Shown one piece after another: positions 13,101 through 21,915 of a stretch of 64,000 nucleotides of DNA. The stretch is from Oikopleura dioica. Taxonomy: Eukaryota; Animalia; Chordata. A program made the position numbers and the translations under genes. Every line of letters starts with the position of its first letter. Within the stretch, counting starts at the first letter, position 1. Location of the stretch: contig OU015568.1 of the NCBI GenBank assembly GCA_907165135.1, positions 12,710,001 to 12,774,000 on the forward strand, in the 5' to 3' direction. The notes beneath the pieces are model-generated. The model was given only the letters and a program-made list of their open reading frames with translations, searched no databases and was not told where the DNA came from.

Positions 13101-13312
13101 AATTTTACACAGGTACACAGGACAGGCCCAAATTATTACCCGATTTTACTTAGGTACTCAGACAGGTTCCCCAAAAACAGGAAACAGGACCTGTGACAGG
13201 TTTTTACACAGCTCAGTTTGCCGAGCCCAGGCGCTAGAAACTTCGTTATTCCAAGACAACCATCACATCTGATGAAGCAAGCACACGATGTACCAGCATG
13301 GCGTAATCTCAT
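10162..13312 (-). CDS. Tetraspanin with an expanded EC2 loop; first exon split by the hAT element at 11800-13230
   Basis: Reconstructed N-terminus MRLRHAGTSCACFIRCDGCLGITKFLAQLINLGSCSLIILVVIF, four hydrophobic segments, EC2 motifs FECCGINGPGDF, PESCC and IFTEGC. Confidence 0.8.
11800..13230. mobile_element. Non-autonomous hAT-type element, CTGGG termini, 8-bp TSD GCGCTAGA (about 603 bp without the nested insert)
   Basis: 17-bp perfect TIR CTGGGCTCGGCAAACTG, TSD at 11792-11799 and 13231-13238, many subterminal ACAGG motifs. Confidence 0.92.
12247..13066. mobile_element. Nested 820-bp hAT-type element, CAGGG termini, 8-bp TSD GGAACAGG
   Basis: TIRs CAGGGTCTCGAAAAAAGCGT / CAGGGGTTCGAAAAAAGCGT plus shared CGTGGTATTAGCGCC. 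TSD at 12239-12246 and 13067-13074. Confidence 0.88.
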
Positions 13313-13407
13313 AATTTCATTTTTGAATAATCGTCATTCTTGAAACAGAAATTCTATAAAAAAATCAAAGAGAAAAATATTTCAATAACAGAAGTTTAAA
13401 TTAAATT

Positions 13408-14618
13408 CTAATGAAGAATCAATTCAGATAATTTATTTTGCCCGTTCGCAACAATAACTCTTTCTTTCGACGCCAAAACCATGTCGTTTATTTTCGTTGA
13501 TAATGTTGTGGACCTATCAAATCTAAAACGAAATTTTCCGGTAACCGAAGCAAATTCGAATGTTAACCTGAATTTGAGGGATCTCTCCTCCGCTTCTGCT
13601 GTCCAAAATTTCACTGCATTATCATTTCCTCCAGAAACAACCAACCATCTATCATTCAAGCTATAATTGCAAATCTTTCCAATTCCGAAACTGTGAGATC
13701 CTTTGAACGCCTGCGTCAGCATCTTATTCGACGACAATTTCCCACATTCGAGTTTGTTCGACACTATCGTTCCGTTTTCACAGCCAGCAAGGACGAATTC
13801 CGGGTCGCTGTTTCGCAGAATTGAAATCGTATGTACTTGAAGATTGTGATTTAGAGAATTGAATTGAAGAACAAACCTAGCGGTGGGGAAACATTCACTC
13901 TCGTCTCAGTTGATTCTTCGCGAATTTCATTTTTAAATTGCGACACGTCGAGCGTTTTGACGCACTTTTGCTGGTCTACTCGCCACGTTCTGATTGACTG
14001 ATCGGACGAAGCCGAGGTAAGAATCTGATCAGTCGTCCATTCTACCGCAGTCGCTAAGTTCTCGTGCTTTGCGCGAAATGCTTTTATTTTCGGTTCTCCT
14101 TCTGCTTTGCTAAACATTTCGCACTCCAAAACTCATTGAAACGCTGTCATTTACCTGACATCAGCAACTCTGATTCTACCGTCGTCATCGGCCGTGGCTA
14201 ATTTTGTCAAGTTCTCGTTCATCGAAATATGGTTGATTTCGTCTCTTCCAATTTTGAACGATCTTGTTGGCTCGATGGCATTTCTCGGGTCTCATTTTCG
14301 ATAAACTAAATATTCCAATTTCTTTCCATACCTACTTGATAGACAATTTCTTCCGCGGCGACGAATATTGTTTCATTCGCCCCCGCACAAATGGATGTGA
14401 TTTCTTCATCTGATATACTCATCGATTGAAGTTTATTTCCATTATCTAATCGAAAAAAAGTAACGTCTCACAGAACAAGAAAATAATTTACCGGAGAAGA
14501 AATGGATGCATCCATCCTCGTCCCCCGCCACAAACACTTTCTTCTCAGCAATATGCGCAACTGCATTGAATCCACTGTCACTAGATCCTGCTGCTGCCCA
14601 CAATCTTACAGTGGCCAT
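13408..14618 (-). CDS. WD40-repeat protein, WDR53-like
   Basis: VFVAGDEDGCIHFF, LATADDDGRIRV, TSASSDQSIRTW and VVSGGNDNAVKFW repeats. Overall layout resembles WDR53. Confidence 0.7.
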
Positions 14619-14719
14619 TCTACAAATTATCCGAAATGTAACATAATACGTGATTTTCAATATTATATTCTGGAAGAGCGGAATTGACATGAATATTTTA
14701 CATTGTACCTATTCAATTT

Positions 14720-16354
14720 TTAGTGATCCATCTTTAGTATATCAGTTAAAATTTCATTATCAGTGAAAAGAGCTTCCCGAGAATTATCGTCTTCGTCATC
14801 AATTTCATTAATTGTTATTCCATTTTCTTCCTTTATTTCAATTTTTATGTCATCTGATTCTCCAATACTGCAGGGAACTGCTAATGCATCAATCGCGGAT
14901 GCCAATGGGAAGGGATTCGATGGGATGACCAATGTTTCGTTCGGGCGTTCTAGCGTTGGAATTGCAGAACTTTCAACAAGGATTTCGTTAGCCATTCGTG
15001 CTTTTAGTCGTCTATCTCTGTTGACCAAAGTTTTTCAACTGCAGTTTGTAGTTACAGCTTGAGTCAATTTTAAGATATATAAAACTCTTCCTGAACCATT
15101 TAGAAACACGAGATTCTCTCATATTCGTGATACTGCAGGTTTTCAGCATCTCTTCTTTCGACGGATACTTATTTTGCAAGTAAAAGCTTTCTAGTTTTTC
15201 CGTCGTCGATATAAATTCCTGAAAGAATTGATGAAAACTAAAGGGCATCTTATAAGTTATAACTAACTTGTGTTAACTCGCATTCAATTATGAGAACTTT
15301 TCCATCGAGTTTGAGGGCAGGTTTTATTTCGACAATGTCGGGAACGGAGATTTCTTTGGCCCACCCGCTCTGGTGGATTTTCATTCCATCTGGCCGAGTG
15401 ATCCATTGATCGCATTTCCCTCTTGGGATAATGAGACCCTTTGAGAAGTCAATTCCAACGCTTAAATCAGTCGGATCATTTTCAAACTCATTCAGATCGA
15501 CTTTGATTATCCATTTGTTCTCCTCGATCGTGGGTTCATTGGGATTTCTCTTCTTTCGTTTATTAACAACTGGTACTTTTATATTAGCAGCTGGAAGGTT
15601 CTCTTCGTTGTCATCTTCATTTCTTTCGGCAACTTCAGCTAGCGCGTCCTTGTATTGTTTTAGAAATTTTCTTGAGGAGCTCGATATATGCTTCCTTTCG
15701 AGCTCATTGACAACCGAATCAAACAATTCTTCGCTCATGTTCATTTCTTGGCGGATATGACTATCGAAAGGATTAAAAGATAAGAATCTACCGAACTTAC
15801 ATCAAGAAAGCCGCAGGAGTGAGAGCTGACTCAGAAAGTCTATTGAGACAAGCTACGCCGCGGACATACTTCCTTGTGGCTCTAGCCCAGCAGTCAACAT
15901 CAGTGCAGTTTTCTAAATGAAACTGGGCGTGTTCAAGGTTTTCCAGCCGAAAATTTTCCACTTTAAAGAAGTCTGGATCTGTCGTCAATGACGATGCTGG
16001 TAGCTTTGAGTACATATACATTTTGGAATAGCACCTTAGCTCTCTATTTTTGTTGCAGGTAATCCGCACCCGGAAGGGCCACTCTGAAAGAAAAAGTTGA
16101 AAAGAAGGTTGATAAAATTGATATTTACCTTCATCGTCGGTTTCTAGGAATAACAAAGGTGGACTCGGACGGTACCATGAACCGTATGGACCGACTCGGA
16201 CTAAGATCACAAAATTCTTCCCGAAGGCTTTGTCTGTTGGTTGAAAGGTGATCAACTGTGGCTTTTCTATCGTCCCTATTTGGGGTAACGCGTCAAACTC
16301 TTCCTTCGACGGGGGCTTGTGTAGTTTAATTGAAAGGTTTTTCAAAAAATCCAT
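14720..16354 (-). CDS. Cluster gene A: unknown N-terminal region + alpha-crystallin(HSP20)-like domain + homeodomain + acidic tail
   Basis: ACD-like WIIKVDL..PTDLSV..IIPRGK..RPDG..WAKEISVPDIV..LKLDGKVLIIEC (15274-15513). Homeodomain KLESFYLQNKYPSKEEMLKTCSITNMRESRVSKWFR|DRRLK, joined by a GA-AG intron. Confidence 0.7.
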
Positions 16355-16747
16355 TTCAAAAGTGCCTCTTTCAACTGTTTTGCTAAGGGGTGTATTTTGC
16401 GAAATGCGACGCGCGGCTGGGTTGGCGCAAATGAAGTTTGGCGTAATTGATTAGCGCGCGTGGGTGGGATCAAGCTATTCGTTTCAGGACGGTACACGCT
16501 CTGGTCCGAGCGGGCGATTAATGAATTCAATTATTCACGCCGTGAAATTCACGGAATCTTGGGGTGAAGAATTCTAACTATTAAAAACAACTCCAGGTAT
16601 TTAACATTAACTTAACATTTTCATAACACGCATTAAAACGATTATTTTTAAGCATTTCTTATATATTGTAATCTTGGCAGAGGGAGAGTGTACAAGTTTC
16701 AATGTGCAATTGGTATAATAAGGACAGTTTTATTCCAGTAATAGTCT

Positions 16748-18288
16748 TCATTCGTCCATAGAATCATCCATAGCCCCAATCGCTTCCGTAAGGGGGCGGT
16801 CATCATCTTGATCGGAAAATGATTCAGTTTTTACTTCATCATCAATCTCCAAGATTGTCACTCCATCATCACCTTCATCTTCGAGCACTTCTATCTTCAC
16901 GCTATCGGCCTCTTTTGATGAAGGCTCTACGATTGTACTCGTATTTGGTAGCTCCAATTTCTCATTTGTCATTCTAGCGATTCTACGTCGCCCTCTTTTC
17001 AACGGATTTAAAAATCATTCCCGATCAAATTTAAATTTTCAAAAAGAAACAAGAAGAAATCCGTTCCTGAACCACGCCCAGACCACCTTCTCAAGCAATC
17101 CAGTTTTGCTGCAGATGTTAATGATTTTCTCTTTATCTGGAAAATTGTTCTCGGCGAAGAACTCTTCGAGAATCATCTTTTTCTTGTCGGTTATTGTTAC
17201 TCCATCGTCCGCTTGGATGGTGGTCCGCTTCATTGCTCGCTGTTGGAACCAATTGATAATGTGTGCTCTACTTTTATTCAGCATTGATGTTAATTTTTCT
17301 ATTTCGTGCTCCGAAAGAGTGTTATCGTAGTTATTATAGCTCGCTTCCAGGACAGATTCTTCTTCGGGAGTGAACAAGGATTTGGGTTGATTTCCTGGGG
17401 TGACAACAAGTGGGACTTGGTAACCGATCGGAGAGGAAAAAGGCGCGTTCGGATTTCGAGGGATTCCAACTTTGAGACCCTCGGAAGCAATTGGAAGGAC
17501 AGCAGAAGGGCTAAAAGCTCCTCCCTCGCCTGCTTCGACGACTTTGAGAGCTTGTCCAGAAGAGTTGGGTTCGTTGTTGATTGAATTGTCGGGTTGCTTG
17601 ATTGCTTGAAATTCCTGAAGATAAATTAAGAGCTTATTTTTTTCGAAACTTACGGGCTTGAGTTCGCATTCGATTTTCAAAATTTTACCCTGAAGCTTGA
17701 TCGATGGCTTGATCTGGACAATGTCTGGGATTTGAATTTCCTTCGACCAGGCAGTCGAAGAGCTGACTTTAACGCCATCTGGTCGAACGATTGTCTGTGC
17801 GTATTTTCCTTGGGGAATGATGAGTTTCTTTGTTAGGTCGACTCCGACGCGGATGTCCGACGGTTCTGTTGGCAGTTCGGTGAGATCTACGGAGGCAGTC
17901 CAGATGTTGCCGCTGATCGTTGGTTGAAGGATGTTTTTGGGTCTGTAAGGTAGGTTCATGTGAAGTGGGGTTTTCGCTTTGAAATCATCTTCAGATATTT
18001 CACTGAAAAAATGAATAAGGATCGGAAAATCAAAGTAGAGACTAAGGGTAATGCAAAAATCATGGAATTGATCACCCATGTAACACACCTAGCATTTTTG
18101 GAAAAGGGACAGGATTCTCCGAAAAAGTAGAATCTTTTTACAACCTCCTTTTTATGAGCTCTCGGGTTGTAATAGACAAGTTCGAAACCCCTGCTTTCTA
18201 AGCCAGGCTTCTTGACAGATTCTTCAAGAAGAACTTTTATTTTTTTCAATTTCTTCGAAAACCATTTCATTGAGTTTCGTTCTTCCAT
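16748..18288 (-). CDS. Cluster gene B: N-terminal module + alpha-crystallin-like domain + two homeodomains + acidic tail
   Basis: ACD-like WTASVDL..PSDIRV..IPQGKY..RPDG..WSKEIQIPDIV..KLQGKILKIEC (17660-17902). HD1 FTPEEESVLEASY..IINWFQQRAMK; HD2 KMILEEFFAENNFPDKE..VWAWFR|GRRR. Confidence 0.75.
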
Positions 18289-18448
18289 CGATAAAAACAG
18301 TGAACAGTTCTTAGAAAAGAATCAAAGCTACTAATTAAAATGTGGCGTTGAAGTTCGCCACCCCTGGCGAATTTGGAAACCCCCTCTGACTGGCTACCGT
18401 AGAGTAGGAGAGAACGCCTACTCGTGCTGATTCTTCATCAAGGCACTC

Positions 18449-19133
18449 TTACTCGATTTGTTTAAATATGACATTAGAAGGCCGCTGATCATCATCTTGA
18501 TCGGAAACTGTCTCAATTTTGATCTCATCTTCTCCATCAAAAATCTCGATCCCCTCACACTCCTCAACTACTGCAAATGCGTCGTTGGAAGGTGTTGGCG
18601 CCTGAGAAAGAAAACGGGGGAAGGATGCGTTGCGTTGTGCTGATCTTTCCGCGTTTTCTTCAGCTCGTTTTTGGCGCCTTCGTTCGGCTTTTCGTTTCAG
18701 TCTTTCAGGTCGATTTTGCGCCAACAATAATTGATCGGGGTCAGCCCTTCGTAGGTAGCCCTGGCTGGTCCCCGAAAGTTCAACTGATTTTCGGATTGTG
18801 TCGCGGTTCTTCCAAATTGATCGAACTGAGTTTTCATTTCGCCCAAGTGCTCGAGCAACGCGTGCAAGACTATCAAAATTTATTTCGTAGACATCAATTC
18901 TGAATTCTTTCAAAATACCTGTAACGATGAGTGCGCGAATTTTCTTCCAATGTTTCGATAATTTGCATACGTTCAGCTAACGTAGTCGTCTGTGCTCTAT
19001 TCTCTGGTTTCTTGCGAGTTTTACGAACTCGAGGAGTCACATCATTTTTCTCTTTCACCTTGGGTAATACCAAAGCCGAAATACTTTCGACTTCGACGGA
19101 GATGTCGCCCTGGTCTGTTGTCTTCTTCTCCAT
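18449..19133 (-). CDS. Pipsqueak/CENP-B-type helix-turn-helix protein (2 exons)
   Basis: TTTLAERMQIIETLEE..|SLARVARALGRNENSVRSIWKNRDTIRKSV after a 50-nt GT-AG intron. Acidic tail IKIETVSDQDDDQRP is shared with gene B. Confidence 0.7.
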
Positions 19134-19204
19134 TTTATTTAAAAACTTATTATTTACCCGTTAAAATCGTATCCCTCTGACTCATTTTTAACAATCGCCG
19201 GTGG

Positions 19205-19245
19205 CCAATAATCGATTACGAGGCCGCCATCCCGCCCCCATTGGT
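19205..19245 (-). promoter_or_regulatory. Putative promoter (CCAAT boxes and GC box) upstream of the psq-HTH ORF
   Basis: CCAAT in both orientations flanking GGGGCGGG, about 70-110 nt upstream of the ATG at 19133. Confidence 0.35.
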
Positions 19246-19279
19246 CCGTTAACAAGGGCACCCGTTAACACTAACTTAC

Positions 19280-20453
19280 CTTTCACTTTTCTTTGAGACG
19301 GGACACAACTCGCCGAGAAAATAGAATCTTTGAAGTGTCTTTTTACATCTGCCTTTTGGGTGATGATAAATGAGCTCAAAGCCGCGATCGTCGAAGCCTT
19401 TTTGCTTGATGCATTTCTCGAGAAGGGTTTTGGCTCTGTTGAATCGCTTGTAAAAAGCGCTATAGCTAGGGAAACTCGATGAAAAATGAGCTTTCTTCTG
19501 GGCTTAGTAGGGGGGACATATAATACAGTTTTAGAAAGCCCAGAAGCTAGGGATCATTTTGACTATTTACAGTAAGGGGTTTGACTCATGCCCTGGGGCG
19601 TTTAGGGACGTCTAAAGTCCCGAAAATTGGGCAATCTCGGAAAAATGGCCGTAACTTTTTTTCTGTCGAGCTTCAGAAAATGCGACTACTACCTACTTGT
19701 AGAGGAGGCTCTGACGAATCAGAATCAGTATAGAAACTCTTTGTCACCCCCCTCTTCTAGGGGCTCTAGAAGCTCTAGAAGTTGAGGAAATCATCCGAAA
19801 ATCGTTACTTTTTTAGGAAAATTGGGTAAAAAAATTTAATTTTTGTCGGAAATAAATTTAGCCTAGTAATAATCGACTTCGCGCCGAAAAAAATACAGTT
19901 TGGGGTCATTCGCGGTCACTTGGGGTCATAAAATGAGAAAAACTAGAATTTCGAGGAAATTAAGTCCGAAACGTATCAAAATGACCCCAAACTGCATTTT
20001 TTTCGACGTGAAGTCGATTCTAACTTGGCTAAGTTGATTTCCGACAAAAATTAAACTTTTTTACCCAATTTTCCTAAAAAAGTAACGATTTTCGGATGAT
20101 TTCCTCAACTTCTAGAGCTTCTAGAGCCCCTAGAAGAGGGGGGTGACAAAGAGTTTCTATACTGATTCTGATTCGTCAGAGCCTCCTCTACAAGTAGGTA
20201 GTAGTCGCATTTTCTGAAGCTCGACAGAAAAAAAGTTACGGCCATTTTTCCGAGATTGCCCAATTTTCGGGACTTTAGACGTCCCTAAACGCCCCAGGGC
20301 ATGAGTCAAACCCCTTACTGTAAATAGTCAAAATGATCCCTAGCTTCTGGATTTTCTAAAACTGTATTATATGACCCCCTACTAAGCCCAGAAAAAAAGC
20401 TCATTTTTCATCGAGTTTCCCTAGCTATAGCGCATATGCTGTTCAACCTCCAT
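19280..20453 (-). CDS. Paralogue of gene B exon 1 (N-terminal module), interrupted by the 957-bp palindromic hAT; pseudogene or spliced
   Basis: Removing the element plus one TSD gives MEVEQHMRYSAFYKRFNRAKTLLEKCIKQKGFDDRGFELIYHHPKGRCKKTLQRFYFLGELCP, collinear with gene B MEERNSMKWFSKKLKKIKVLLEESVKKPGLESRGFELVYYNP..KRFYFFGESCP. The splice donor is at the homologous position. Confidence 0.7.
19467..20423. mobile_element. 957-bp near-perfect palindromic (foldback) hAT-type element, TAGGG termini, 8-bp TSD GCTATAGC
   Basis: Arms of ~445 bp (left arm to ~19910, right arm from ~19980) with a ~69-bp spacer. TSD at 19459-19466 and 20424-20431. Confidence 0.9.
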
Positions 20454-20568
20454 TTTTCGTCACAAAGAATGAATACAAAAAATGAAAGAGAAGGTTTGTC
20501 GCCAGTATTGGCAAATGAGGAAAGCTTATGATTGGGCCGCGGGTTAGATAAGTGCGTTCCCAAAAGCA

Positions 20569-20720
20569 CTGGACTCGGCAACCTGTGTATAAAACCTGAG
20601 TCAGGGTCTGAAAGAGGTGAAATCAAAAGCCGCAGAGATTTTCCATAAGTAATATAAGAGAAATCGCTTCACCTCCTTCAGACCCTGACTCGGGTTTTCT
20701 ACGCAGGTTACCGAGCCCAG
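20569..20720. mobile_element. 152-bp miniature MITE related to the CTGGG hAT family
   Basis: Termini CTGGACTCGGCAACCTG / CTGGGCTCGGTAACCTG resemble the TIR at 11800. ~53-bp imperfect IR. Degenerate flanks CAAAAGCA / CAAAAAAA. Confidence 0.75.
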
Positions 20721-20801
20721 CAAAAAAATATCCAGAAAAAACTTGACACGACAAATAACATTCAGGTGATAAAATAATGAAAATAAGTGTAATCAATTGA
20801 C

Positions 20802-21029
20802 TTACTCATTGTTGTCGATTTCTCTCTCAACAAAGTCTTTGCCGACGAATTTGTAAGCAAACGGAGTTCTAACGCTTCTTTTGATCGAATCGGAACCGTC
20901 TGGTAGAAATTGCTTGATGATGATCTTTCTGTCCGTGTAGCCAGGAATCTTGACGAGACCCTCCAGAATTGATTTCGCCTTTGCGAGGGCTTTGCTGAAC
21001 TTGTTCTTCTCTGTATTTCCGATACCCAT
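20802..21029 (-). CDS. Small protein consisting of the cluster N-terminal module alone
   Basis: KNKFSKALAKAKSILEGLVKIPGYTDRKIIIKQFLPDG..FAYKFVG resembles the N-module of gene B and of the copy at 19280-20453. Confidence 0.5.
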   Translation of the reverse strand: MGIGNTEKNKFSKALAKAKSILEGLVKIPGYTDRKIIIKQFLPDGSDSIKRSVRTPFAYKFVGKDFVEREIDNNE

Positions 21030-21915
21030 TTTAAGCCAAAAAATGGAGTGATACCGGATTGAAGAAATGGTAGGAAGGGCCAATCAGGTCGTTTGGCTTG
21101 TCGAGTGACTCAGATCTAGCGGTATCCAGTTTTTTTTTATTTTTGTTTCCAGAATTTCAAGCTTTTTATTTCTTTTGGTTGCTGATGAAAATTTGCTTGA
21201 TTCTCCATTTCTAGTCATTTTTGGCTTCTTGCATCGATTCTGGAAATGCATGAAATGGTCTGGTAGAGATTCTCATCGCGCGCTGATTGGCCGCTCCCAA
21301 GAAAGCTGAAAATTACTTCAGTTCAAACCAGGAGTCATTTGTCGTCACACTTGATAAAAAATTTGGATGCGTTTATTTTTCATGACTTCTTAGAGATTTC
21401 GCGAAAATAAAAGAACGAAAACCGAAGTCAAGAAGCAACTTTTATACCTTCCAGTTAGATGAACGAAGAACTCCGAAGTCTGATTGTTTTTCAACTTGAG
21501 ACGCGAGACGTAAACACTAGAATTAATAGTAAGTCGAGAGACTGAACGCATCATTTCACAGCTTTTGTTTTGTAGAATTTCACTACTGTGCTCCTGTATC
21601 GCTCAAAAACGCGCAGAATATAGAAAGAGCCGAAATTTTTGAGAGTTTTCAGCAAGACGCTTTTGATTTGAGGTAAATATATATGGAAATTTATTCATCC
21701 TCCTGGTCATTAGATAATCATCTGTTACATAATAATTAAGTCTCCAAGAATGCTCTGATAAGTAAGTTTTCGTTAAGTTTTGAAGATGCATTTTCTTGAT
21801 TTCTGATTTGAAACTTACAACTAAACTTTCCATCACGCCATCCACATATTTTCATTTGCTTCTTTTTAGTCCTATGAAACCCCGCCGAGCTAGAAAAGAA
21901 TCAACAGTGAATATC

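Noticed and set aside
21603-21845. 80-aa minus-strand ORF upstream of BRAP
   Set aside because: No motif, AT-rich, and no supporting splice pattern.
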